Origin: Monocercomonoides exilis PA203
Taxonomy: Eukaryota > Protista > Preaxostyla
DNA: 64,000 bases
Assembly (NCBI GenBank): GCA_001643675.2
Contig: LSRY02000017.1
Location: 620,001-684,000, forward strand
Direction of reading: 5' to 3'
Shown: in pieces, positions 50,350 to 62,592 of the stretch
How positions within the stretch are numbered: position 1 is the stretch's first letter
Layout of the letters: the number at the start of each line of letters is the position of its first letter
Position numbers and translations under genes: made by a program
Notes under the pieces: generated by a model
The model's database searches: none
Told to the model about the DNA's origin: nothing
The model's input: only the letters and a program-made list of their open reading frames with translations

Positions 50350-53300
50350 TCATCTCTTAGAGTCCAGCCTCCAATTCGCAGATTTGGCCATTTTCACCAA
50401 GAATTGAGGAAGCAGCCTTTCATATGTGTCTCTCCCCATCCACTGCATATCGTCGAACAACTTCTCCAAAAATATCACTTTGTTTTCAAGCATAGCACTT
50501 TTCTTCTCATCTTCCCAGGCACCAAGCAGAGTAACACGAGAGAGCATCTGGAACGCAACAACAAGCTGCGACTGCGGTGTCGTTGGGTCTGAAAGCAAGC
50601 TAAGCACTCCATTCTCTTCCTCCTCTCTTTCCTGCTCTCCACGCACAGGAGAGAAAGAAGAAGAAGAAGAAGAAGGTGCATTAGAAAGTGGATCTCTTGC
50701 TTGTGTAGTCTGCTGTTTTCTTGGGCCCAGGGCATATGCTGCATAAACAATGCCTCGGGCAGCACAGTGGATGTTGCTGTTAAACGCATCTGCGTTGGGT
50801 ATGTAAGTCGACGATAGCCAAACGGCTGGTACAGAAAGCGCAAGAAGAACAGCAAAGGGGAACAGAAGAGAGATGTGTGGATGCGGCCGAAGCGCCTCAG
50901 AAGGGAAATGGACAAAGGCAAAGAAAGACGAGTCAAGCGGGGAAATATCCGAGAGCACGTCTGGCGTTGAGCAAGCGATCGGAGGCAGTCCTTCAGAAGA
51001 AGGAGAGACCAGCGAGTACAGCCTTATCGCCTCTGTGAGTGTGCACTTGGGAGAAGGGGACGTGAATGTGGAAGCAATCGCCCGAAGCGTGTCAGCAACA
51101 AGCGGAGCGTGTGCAGTGAACACAGCGCTGAGGTTGCGCTTCAGCACTTCGATGAGATGGCAGGACGCGCCGATGGCAACAAGTGCGCTCACAAACTCCG
51201 TGGCGTCCTTGGTCTTCAGCTGCCGAGCCGTCTCTTCGATCACCGACGCAAAATGTTCGCCTCTGATACCCGCAATGCTCATGAGCTGTGCAGTGTGCGT
51301 GTGGATCCACAGAATTATCCGCTCGACAAAACGAGGCAGAGCATACTTCTCAATCATCTCGCACACACACTCCACGCCAAAGGGCCCCAGAAGCTCCGCC
51401 GCTGCACGCAGTTCCGACGCAGACGCGCGGAAGACGATCTGCTGCTGGACACGCGGAATGGCTGGGGTCGGACACGGCGGCCGCACAAACCCGCCTTCCT
51501 GGCAGGAGAAGAACGTCTGCTGCTCTGGCGACCCCAAAATCCCCACACACAGCACCGCCGTGAACCACCGCCCGTACAGCACTGCCAGGGAGCCCATAGC
51601 AGGCCCATCGCCTTCAAGCAACTGGGAGCACTGCGAAGCAGAGGAAGCAGAGGAAACAGCAAAAGGTGGTGGAGCAAGAACAGTCAGCTGGTCGGAGCCG
51701 TCGCTCGACCAAGGACACGCCTCTGAACCGAAAAGGCGGTAGAACCACGCGCCGAGTGGGGAGTTAGGAGCGAGGCAGAACGAAGGCGGGCTCATCTGCG
51801 GGACGACACACAGGTTGAGCATCACACGCTGTGCGATCTCGTCGACCTGCAGAAGCGGATAGGCTGCATGAAGCGCTCTTTTGACGATGCAGATGGCAGA
51901 CGTGATGCTCGCCAGCACTTTTGAAGGCGGGTTGGGCCAATCAGCGTCTGGCGGGATCTGAAATGAGGAGGCAGATGAAGGATGCTGTGTGGCTGTGGCA
52001 GCTGAGGGAGGGGTGGAGAGGAGAGAAGAAGAGATAGAATAAGGGCGTGGCAGTGAATCAATTGACAGTCCTGAGCTGAACGGCCACCAGTTTGCGGAGC
52101 GGTCAGATTCATAATCGATGTTGGCGAAGAGAGAGTCGTCTTTGAGATGAGAGAGAGAGGAGGGAGGAAGCAAAGGAGAAGCAGAGGTGGTGAATGTGCG
52201 AGATGGAGAATGTGAACGAGAGGAAGGAGAGTTGGATTCTGATTGTGATGTGGTGATTGCAGAGGTTGCAGCGATTGCAGTGGATGTGGGAGTTGTGGAG
52301 GTTAACGTTTGAGAGGAGGAAAGTGTTGGTGTGGCTGAGAAAGGAGAAGGAGTGCTTGAAGGAGAAACGGGTGTGGTGCATTGCTGTGGCATGTTTGAGG
52401 CAGCGATCGCGAAGGGCACATTGTGTGGAATAAAAGGAATATCAGGGCAATCTTCCAGGAGGGTTCGCAGGTGCGTAGAAGAAGTCGGAGGAAACGTCTC
52501 AATTGACGAAAGGGCAAGATGAACAAACAGACGCGAGATGAAGCGGCGGAGCATCACGGAAAGCATCGCAGTGACGTTGATGGCTGGCGGTGGTTCTTTC
52601 AGCGTGTGGAGCCGCCGAACGCGGATGAAGCCGTCTGGGTCGCCCACACCACTGATCGCAAAGGATGCCATCGATGTAGACTCGCCTGGCTCTCCAGACA
52701 GCTTCAGCAGAGCAGAAAGCACAACAGTCAGCGAGTGCTGCGCCACAGCCAGACGGTCCAACCGATCTCGCTGAGAAAACGCAGACTCAGAACCAGGCCC
52801 TGTTGGCTGCTCAGCCACAGACGTCGCTCTCAGTCCGCTTTGTGTCCCACTGCCACTCCCACCTCCAGCTCCCATCCCTCCGTTTCCTCCACTGCCTCCG
52901 CCGCCCAATGCAGCAGAGGAGCCTTGCTGTTTCCCCATTGCCCTGTCATCTTCAAAGGCCACTAGTTCTGAGACAAGAGACGGAAGCCACGACGTCTCCT
53001 TCTCCCGGAGCATCGTCTCGACCAGGATGAGATGCAGCAGCTGGTCGACTTTGCGCACCAGCAGCATCACAAACAGCTGCGTCCATCGCAGCGCCATCTC
53101 ATCGTTGAAAGCACGCGATGAATGCGTGTGGAGGTGTGTGCGGACAGGGAACACGAGCGACGGTAGCACCACAAACGAGGCAGTCGTGTCAGCTTCTGCC
53201 AGGCGGCTGTCGCTGCACTGGAACAGGACACGCACAAAGTGGTGGAGGTTGTTCCGGAACGCAAGGCCGATCCCGATCTTGTTCAGATTTCGGGTGAAGA

Positions 53301-55308
53301 GCGTCGGAGAAGAGCACACCAGAAGGCGCATGATCCGCGTGACGATTGGCCAGAACGTCTGGTGCATCGACGAGCGCTGCTTGGAGGCGGTGGTGGTGAT
53401 GTCGTGCATCACCCGCTGTGTGTCCAGCCAGCAGAGCTCCAGCGCATTCCATCTTTTCTCCTGCCCGTCAGCAACAGCAGCGACTGGATCGAGTATTCCA
53501 TCGGATGTGGCACGGGAGATGATGCGGTGGCAGCTCTGCAGGACAGCCAGCGTTGCGCTGTCGAAGCTCTTTCCCATGTCGCTCAGCACAAAAGAGAGCG
53601 CTTTTGTCTCTCGCGACGCGAGGATTCGGCGGGAGGTGAAGGAGATGTTCTGTGATTCAGTCACCAGCAGGTCATTCATCTTGACGATGAGCTCAACAAC
53701 CCGAGCGATCTGCGAGCACTCGTCACCCGACGGCTCCTTCAGCTTCAGCCCTTTCTTCTGCAGCAGCTTGTTCTGGTGCGCGCAGAAAATGGAAATCTCC
53801 GTCACTGCAAATGACAGCACAGACAGGCAGCCTTCCACACAGAGTGTAGAGAGAAGTGTTGGGTCTTCCATGACAAAGCGGAAGAGCCGCGTGCCTGTGG
53901 CCACCAGCAGCATCTGCCGTGTCATCGCCTTCTGGGCGGCAGACTGCAGAGCTACTTCGAGTGCGCGCTGTGGCATGGCCTTGTTGATCTTGAGCCCCTT
54001 CCGCTTGATGTTTGAGAGGAGCTGCTCGAACGGCTGGTGGATGAGGAAGCAGTCGTCGTGGGTGACAGGCACCGCTACGAACGTCGACAGGATGGCCTCC
54101 ACTTGGTCCAGCTGCGACGTCTGCTGCAGGATGTCTGGGCAGATCAGGTAGCCAAACACTGCAAAGAACAGCCCTTCGCCAGCCATCTGCATGTGGAGCA
54201 GCGGCGTCTCGCTGATCACCTCCATCTCGCTGTCGGAAATATCGTCTTCGCTTTCTTCGTCATCTTCCGCTTCGCTTCTTTCTGTTGTGTCTGTGCTTTG
54301 TGCACATTCGTTCCCCGCGCTTGAATCATTGTTTGAGTTACTGGCTTCTTTATTCGCTCTCCTGATGCTTCGCTTTCTTGATGCTAATTTTTGATTCCAT
54401 GATTGCTTAATTGTTGAATGAAGTTCATCTCCATCGTAAGTCCCTAGCGCTCCAACCCACATCAATTGCTCAGGGTCCAATAGCGCAGATATCATTTCAT
54501 CTGTTATGCTCATCGAAGATTCCACAAGTTTTGTTAAATTCTTTAAATCACGTTGAAGAAATCCTATTGGATCATGAAAGGTGAAATCTCTCAAGAAAGA
54601 AAGAACACTTCTCGATTGCAAAAAGCGAAGCAAATAAAGAGTTAAAAAGCAAATAAATGCAATGATAAAATAATTTTCCAAACGGTTCAGATAAAGGATG
54701 CGATGAATGATTGACAATTGAGAAAAGACTCATATTTGTTCCACAAAGAAGTTTAAGTGTCTGAAATGATGCTAATACAAGATGAAGTCTCACGTGAAGG
54801 TTGAAAATTCGTATAAATCCCTTTTTAAGTTCGTCAACCTGAAAACAGAACATTAATTGAATCAACAGAAATCAATTTAAAAAACAGCATAAGAAAAATA
54901 AAACCTTAAATGTTGAGTATCTCGCTTCATATTCTTGCAGTATCCCACATAGTGCATTTCTAACATCAACAAAATCAGCAAGAAGCAAAGAAAAAGGCTC
55001 AAATTCTTGAATAACTTGCTCCTTTGAAATCTGTGCTTTTTCACTGTTGCTAATCTTAAAAAGTGATCAGAAATAAATAGTCGTATATGACATATATAAT
55101 GAATGATTTTATGTAAATTAAATACCTTTATCGGATCTGCATCAATTCCATTAAATTGAGTCAAAGGCCAACACTTAGCAGCAACAAGGTTGTGATATGA
55201 AATTGGTCTAATAGGTGAGCAAGTGAATGCATGCTTAAATTCTTCAAGTCTTAAAAGCAAAGCAATCCCATGTTCTTCAAGAATAAATACTTTATCCGAG
55301 AAAGACAT
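50350..55308 (-). CDS. NCKAP1: Nck-associated protein 1 / Nap1 (Hem family, WAVE regulatory complex), divergent, with low-complexity insertions
   Basis: The N-terminus SDKVFILEEHGIALLLRL resembles the Nap1 'EKLTILNDRGxGMLTRL' start. C-terminal ELRAAAELLGPFG, ADAFNSNIHCAARGI and YERLLPQFLVK resemble conserved Nap1 blocks. Several short introns at 54.6-55.1 kb precede one large exon. Confidence 0.8.
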
Positions 55309-55433
55309 AAACAAAACTTATGGTTAGTTCTTTCATTTTATTAATTATTGTTGATTACTCTTTGTATCTCAAAATTCTCGAATAATATTGAAAGAATAAA
55401 GGCAAACCCATTACAACATATTTGAAAAATTTG

Positions 55434-55687
55434 ATGGAAATGGATAGCGTTGAAAAGTCAAAAATAGTGAGTCGTATGATATTATAACTTGCATTTTCAT
55501 AAATAACATAGAAACTTCTGCTTGTATGTTTGAAGTTTTATATAAATTTTCTGAATTACTCGGGAACGAGCTTTCTCAAGATTGCGTCGCAGCAATTTTG
55601 ACTCTGGTTGAAGAAGGTTTCACATCCGATGGAATTATATCTCTTATACAACTTCTTCAAGATCCATCAGTTCATCCTACATCTTAA
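55434..55687 (+). CDS. Small MOZART1/MZT1(GIP)-like protein; absent from the ORF track
   Basis: A short first exon (MEMDSVEKSKI) and an intron at ~55468-55511 precede FEVLYKFSELLGNELSQDCVAAILTLVEEGFTSDGIISLIQLL..*. The pattern L-x-x-x-S-x-L-L-x-x-x-L...L-x-E-x-G fits the MZT1 family. The exact splice phase is uncertain. Confidence 0.55.
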
Positions 55688-56053
55688 CATTAGCTGAAGG
55701 GGATTAATCCATTTCAAACACAAAAAGACACTTCAAAAACATTTCATTTGTAAAATGTTTTATTTTCTGAAGATATCATGAAAACTTATTTTTAATTGAA
55801 AAAGGCCAGAATTTAATTATTACCTCGATGCATTTACATTTTTAAAAATTTGTGACTTGCATAAAATTTAGACTTTGAATGGATTTTAAAAATGATTTCT
55901 CGTTTTTTATTGATTATTTTATGAGTCTTTCAATAGGCAGAGATATGTTTTAAGAAAATCATTATTATCCTTCTCTGCATATACTTCATTAAAACAGAAA
56001 AAGCGATTTCTGACCATAATATTTTTAATATAAATTAAATAATAATTTTTCAC

Positions 56054-57201
56054 ATGTCACAACGTTTAATCAAGTTTAATTTTCCAAGAATTGATGAAAT
56101 AATGTCAGTGGAACCTTGGAATTTACCGTCATCTTCGCAAATTCGCTTGGAATTGCTTGAATTTTTAATGAGTGTAATAGATCCACACTGGCAAACTTTA
56201 ATACCATTATCGAGCAAATGGAGCACTTATCAAAAAATGACATACATATGTTCGTTATGGGGAATGTGTACTACCGATAATGTTGCACTTCTGCAGGGAT
56301 TGTCGAATATTCAGTCACAGAAGCTATTTTTTGAATTACTTCTTGATTTGGCGGAATCATCGCTTGAAATTACACAAAGTGAAGAGTTGGATCATGTAAT
56401 GAAGCGAGACAATGAATTTCTTGGACTTCTCATTGAAAATCATTTTGGGAAATATCCAAATACTCAAAAATATGCAAACAAATCATTGACAACAATAAAA
56501 CTTCAACTTTTCCCTCCTGACGTTATTCAAAAAATCAAAGGTCTTGTTGCTGTTCCAACGGAACAATATCTTCTCAGCTCTTTATCTTCAATTGAAGAAC
56601 AAATTAGAGTAAACAAAACTTATATTCCTGAAAAATCAAATCAAGAATTATCTTCGACCGGAGTTCCTTTTGAAGTTCTTGTTTCAACACTTAGAGATGT
56701 TTTGTCAAACTTGAAATATCTTGTTGTTTCCGCATCTCAATCGTTTAGAATTGCATTTGATCCTTGGATTCGATCAACGGATACAACTTCTACTGAAACA
56801 GGAAAAGATATTAATTTAGCAAATGCCCAAAACGAGAAGTTATCAGTTCGTGTTCTTCGCTTCATAACAACTTTTGAATCGATATTTAATGCGCTTGACA
56901 GATTTGATCAGTCAATTTATAATATCATTACAAAAGGGAAGCAAATAGAGGACAAAATAGAAAAAAGATCAATCGGAAAGAAAGGCATCGATAATATAAA
57001 TGTTTGCTTCAATTTCAATTGTTTTTCAAATCTCCTTTTGCTCTTCATTTTTTATTTGTAATATTTTTTCCCTGTTTTTTTTTTTTTGTTTTCATTGATA
57101 ATATGTAAACAACTTTTCAGAATTTGACGAAGGCGCTAAGTTCTCTCATGACTCAAATTGCTTCAGTGCTTCATGATGAAACACAACATCATGTAGGATG
57201 A
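56054..57201 (+). CDS. HAUS7: HAUS augmin-like complex subunit 7-like
   Basis: SSQIRLELLEFLM..IDP...KMTYICSLWGMCTTDNVALLQG...Q..FFELLLDL resembles the HAUS7 N-terminal domain. Intron 57002..57120 gives a last exon NLTKALSSL...HHVG*. Confidence 0.65.
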
Positions 57202-57807
57202 AATAATCATCCGCTTTTTAAAAGGCAAAGTTTTGTAAATTGTGCAAGTTGTAAAAGCGAATTTGATGAAAAACAGATAATCTCTGAATTAAGTGCAAAG
57301 TCTGTGGATTGAGACAAAAAGAAAAAAGAAATTTGAAGTTGATAGTTGAATCAATCTGAAATTTTATGAAGTTTAACATCTGTTATGTGAATGCATTTTA
57401 TGAGATATCCAGTCGATTGTCTGGGTTTTATAAGGAAAAAAAAAACATAGTGCTTTCTATTTCCTCATTGAAACAATTAAATCTGGTTTTGGTTTTCTTT
57501 TCTTTCTTTCTTCTTCATTTTTAAAAAAACAAAAACAAAAAGTGAGCTGTTTATGACAACATTTCATTTTGTAATATTCACATTTACTGTAGTAATACAA
57601 GTAAGAAAAATATCCCATCACACAAAAAAAACAGAAAGAAAGATGAATTGAAGATTTGATAAAAGGTGACGTGCAAGCAGTTCATAAGAAAACAATGTAC
57701 AAACAACAAAAGAATAAAATCCAAAAAATGATAGAAACCGTGTTAAATCTAATGAACATTAAACAACAATTTAAAAAAGTATAAGTTGAAAATATTCATT
57801 CGATCCA

Positions 57808-59750
57808 CTAGTTGTATTGAGCTTGAGCCCCTTCGGCTTCCTCCTGTCCTTGCTCTTCTCTTTCGCTGTATCCATAATCGTCATTCACTTGGCCATCATC
57901 TTCAGCCATGTCCTGCTGTCCTTCTGCACTGTAGTTGCCCTCTCCTTCTCCCTCTCCTTCTCCTTCACCTTCTGCTTCGCCATTCCCTTCGCCTTGATAC
58001 TCTCCTTCTCCTTGACTCTGCTGCAGCTCCTCTGCTTCTTGGCTCTCATCGCTCTCTTTGCTCTGATCAATGCGTGCTTGTGAGGTGGGTGTGCCAGAAA
58101 GACGAGGAGTGGCTGTTCGGCCAGCAGCGGTTGGATATTCGTGCGCAGTCGAACGAGACTTTGTTGAAGATGACATGGTCAGAAGTTGTGGATGTGCTGA
58201 ATAGAAGGCCGAGCGCAATGCATTCGTTTTTTGCTCAATTTGGCCTGGAATCGTAGGGGAAAAAAAATAAATGGAAAAAAGTGATTAACAATCATCGTTG
58301 AATTAAACAAAAATACAATTGTAAAGAAAAATGAATAAGAAATTAAAAAAGAAAAACAGAAAAAGAAAAAATGGTTTGTAATTTCAAAGCAAAGATATCT
58401 GCTGCAACCCACATTAACATATTATACATACCCAAATACGACACAATGTTAGTTTGTGTGATGGTTCCTTCGGCATTTGCATCGTCTGGTGCATCACATT
58501 GTGCACTCTGGAAGAGTCTCATAACTGGCGCATAGAGTGTGGCGATATGGCTCAGCACCTCGTCCTTCTGCTGTTTGAATGACTCGATGTGCTTCCTCGT
58601 GACTTCCACCTGCCTTTCAATGTCTTCTTTCTGCTTGCTCGATTCGCCTTTTCTCTTTGAAGCAATTTCCCTCAGTTCCGCTGCTTTTTCAAGATCCTCT
58701 CTCTCCTCTTTCTCAAGCCTCTGAATCTGCACCTCGAGATCCCCCACAATGTTGTTGTTTGTCACAATCTGGTCCTCCACCTCCAAATACCTTGTCACCA
58801 GCTCATCCACCGAGTCAATCCCGGTTGCATTCTTTATCCTCCACAGAGCCTCTTCGTATGCAGCCATCTTCTCCTGTGACACCTGCGAGATGGCCTGTTC
58901 CTGTGATGTCACTGCCACTCCACTCGACAGGTCAGCGTCTTCTTCTGGTGAACCATCTTCGTTCCCTCCAACATGGAAGAAATCAGAAAGTTGATCACAT
59001 TTTTCTATTTCTTGATCTAATTGTTGAGACTCATGCTCGAAGTATGCTCTATCTTCTCTCTGTTGTTCTTGAATTGATTTCTTCTCCTGATCAGCGGCTG
59101 CTCGTTCTTCATAGCAAACATTTGCTTCTTCGATTATGTCCGCCATCTGTTTCTTTTTCTCGAATAATTTCTTTTCCATTTTTTTGTGAACTCCATCAAA
59201 AATTACTCTTTCACATCTCATGCTGTCAATTTTCTCTCGTAGTTGTTTGTTTTCTGTTATAGCTTGGTTATATCTCAGGAGTGCTTGGTCTAGACGATTT
59301 TCAAGTGTTCGAATTTGAAGTGCAAGAGCATTATCACTTTCTTTTGTTGATGTAACTCCTCGAACTTCTTTTCTTTTTTCGGCAACAGCTCTTGACAACT
59401 GATTTATTTCATTTTTAAGTTCTTCGTTTTCTGCTTTTGCATCTTCAATTTTGCGCTGGGTGATTACACCTTGTTGTTCCAATTGTTGAAGTTCACGAAA
59501 TTGAACTGACCGCGGCTTTGTACTGGGGGGAATACGACTTTCAAATTCATACTTCTGCCTAAGCTCATCATTTTCCTTTTTTAGCAAGTCAATTTGAGTT
59601 CTAAACAAAGATAGCTTCAAAGAACAATTTAAAACATAAATAAACAAACTGTTGCATGCGAAGAGTTTTCTGAAAACTCTCTTTGGTCGCCTTTGGTTGG
59701 CTACGAGTTGAGCGGAAACTAGCAACTGATCGTGTGGTTCTATCAGCCAT
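57808..59750 (-). CDS. Outer dynein arm docking complex coiled-coil subunit (ODA-DC2/ODA1, CCDC114/CCDC63 family), 3 exons
   Basis: ATG at 59750 (MADRTTRS...TLRMQ|QTQIDLLKKEN). Family blocks are IRTLENRLDQALLRYNQAITENKQLREKIDSMRCERVIF, YEEALWRIKNATGIDSVDELVTRYLEVED and ITQTNIVSYL|GQIEQKTN. The tail is acidic and Gly-Glu rich. Confidence 0.85.
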
Positions 59751-59931
59751 TTATTCAATTACGTGTAAGGTTTTTACAAAAAATAACCACCAAATATAAC
59801 TTATAAGGTTAATTTGATCATATTTCTGAATTCTTGTGTTGAAATATATTTTTTGAATAACGCTTGCTAAAAATGTTTGACTTTTTTAATTCGAGAAAGA
59901 GAATAACTCAAGCCCAACATAAAAAGAAAAA

Positions 59932-61564
59932 ATGTCAAAGATTTCTGTTGATGCGGCTGGAATGAAGAAGAAAGCAGAAGCAGCGATTAAAGAGGGAGTA
60001 AAAATGTATTGTGCATGATATTTTGTATCAATTTATTGATTTATGAATATGAAGGGGAACAAAAGGTTTTTTTAATCGGCATCCGGATTACTGTTCTGCA
60101 GCAAAGAAAGTTGAAGAAGGTTCAAAAATGTTGAGACTTGCAGGCGATGATGATGCAAGCGCAACTGCAATGATTCAAGCTGCTGAATTTTTTGCTCTTG
60201 GAGACAAGTATTTTTATTTTTTCATTTTTTATTTTCAGTGATTAATGTCTTGAAGTGCAAATGGAGCTGGAAAACTTTATGAAAGTGCAGGGAATATAAG
60301 AATAAATCAAGGAAGATACGATGAAGCAATACAACTACTTCAAAAAGTTTGTTTTTTCTTTTTGAAATTCTTAAATTCTAATTTTATTTAGTGTCAAGAA
60401 ATGCTTAGGATTGCTGGAAATGCAAACCGTGCTGGAGAAGCACTTAAAAACGCAGCTATGTATGCTTTTGACACTTGTTTCATGAAACTCATTGATCTTT
60501 ATGAAGTCATATAACAGAGTCAAATCCAGAAAAATCCTTTGAGTTATTTACACTTGCACTAGAGATTTATCACGTATATATATTGTGTTTCTTTCCTTAG
60601 TAACTTCATCGTATTATATGTGTTTAATGTTTTTTAAAAGGATGAAGACAATCTGCACTTTTTTGAAGATACTTTTCAATATTATCTTGTGGCAATGGCA
60701 AAAGCGAAGAAGTGTGTTAATTATAGCTTTGCTTGTATTAAAATGGAATTATTTTTAATTATTCATTCTTACCATTTGTTTTCATTATTTGGACTAATCA
60801 TCTTTTAAAGTTGGGATCTTGCTCTGAAAGAAATTCCCCGTCGAATTGAAAATGCGCAAAAGCTGAAGCGCCCAGATACACAAAACAAAGTTTGCTTTTT
60901 TGCTTTTTACAAAGTGTTGTTAATTCGGCATTTCTTCTTCTTCTTCTTAATTTTTCAATGTTTACATTTCTTAATTTTGCGATTGGTATGAATTATTAAA
61001 ATGAAACAAAGATGATATTGACGATGGTTATCATCCATCTTGCAAACAAAGACCTTGATGGAGCAAATCAAACGCTGAGCCAATACATGAGGTTTTTATT
61101 TTTGATTATTTTTTCAAACTTAGCAATTTTTTTGTTTCACATTGCCAATGATCATTGTGAATATATTTTTCTATATTTTTCAAATATTGTTTCTCAAATT
61201 CTATGAATTTTACCTTTCTTCCTTCAACAGCATGGAAGGATTTGAATTTTCAAATGATTGCGATATTGCCTCCAAGCTTATATCAGCCATTCAAATGGGA
61301 GATCAAGACTCTCTGGACGCTGTTTTGAAGCAGCAGTACATTGCCTTTCTTCCATTGGATATTAGCCGACTGGCAAAGAGTTTGAAGGTGTTTACACCAA
61401 AAAGCAACCCGCTGACAAGCTTTGCTCCTACGTCTGTTGAGAAGGATGAAGAACAATACGATTCTGGATATGGAGCTTCGACTGATGCTCCATCGAGCGT
61501 GACTGGGGGAATGGCAACACCAGAAGCTGGAAATGAAGAGGACGAAGACGAAAGTGGACTGTAG
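59932..61564 (+). CDS. NAPG: Gamma-soluble NSF attachment protein (gamma-SNAP), 9 exons
   Basis: Eight GT-AG introns give one continuous frame: TKGFFNRHPDYCSAA, TPR-like helices, LTMVIIHLANKD, GFEFSNDCDIASKLISAIQMGD, LPLDISRLAKSL and an acidic C-terminus EEDEDESGL*. Confidence 0.85.
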
Positions 61565-61910
61565 AACACTACTTCTCACAAGCTTATTGCTTGACTTTTG
61601 ATTTTTCTCTTCGATAATTTTAGTGTTAATTTTTTATATCTTTATAGAGGTTTCTGAATTGCTTATCTTTAGTTTTGGATGGTTTTAAGTGGATGATGTT
61701 AATTGCTGTCAAGCAACAATGCACTCTTTCACTACTCAAATTGCAAAGTTATTTTATTTTGACTAAAAGCTTTGATTTCGTTATTTCTTCATATTTCTTT
61801 CGTTCATTGTCTGGTAAATGTCAATATCAATGAAATGTTCACAATTAAATTTTTTTGAATGCAATTTTGTCTAAAATGTTAAATAGTGTATTAGATACAA
61901 TATGAAATCT

Positions 61911-62130
61911 GGGTCAGAATTCTTGCATTTATGAAAAAATAGATGATTTGTTCCATCCAATTCTGTATCGAATACTTGCAATTCTAACATTCCCATGCAA
62001 AATAAAATAAATTAATATTAAAAAGTTGAGGAAAATCTTTTAAAAGATTGTGTGGAACAAATTTCTTAAAGCAAAAAATTTCATCCCATCTCTAAAATTG
62101 AGGAAATAGCTCAAGACTTCTAAAACGATG
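61911..62130 (+). repeat. Long-TIR family A copy (left-end orientation), starting ~680 bp upstream of the transposase
   Basis: Inverted homolog of 48795..49019; it starts GGGTCAGAATTC after ATCT. Confidence 0.85.
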
Positions 62131-62592
62131 TTTGATAATAAGAAAAAATTATTTCGAAACAAGAAAAAGTTAAAATTTTTTTGTAATAATTTATTTTTTT
62201 TTGTTTAAAAAGAATTTCTGGAGATTAATTTCTTTCAAAAACCTAAATAGGGTCATATTTTTATATGATCCGATTTTTTTTATTCGATCCTATTTTTATA
62301 AAATCAATTATTCAGCCACCCACATTTCGATTTATTAATAGTATTTTTGGTATATAAGAAAAATATTAGCAACAGAATAAATATATTTAAATGCATAACC
62401 TGTTTCTTATGGGGATGAAATGGGGGGGGGGAGCCTCCCGTTGAAATTCCATCAGTTACAGGTTTTTTCAAATGAATTAAATTCAAAAAAATACGCATTT
62501 AATGTTCAAAAAATTAAATTTCAATGAAAATTGAAATTTATAATAATAAAATAAATAAATTGGCTTAATGATCATAACCCAAAAAATAAAAA

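Noticed and set aside
62250-62271. Short hairpin GGGTCATAT..ATATGATCC resembling the family-A terminus
   Set aside because: It is too short, its flanks do not follow the A-N-N-T rule, and it could be chance.
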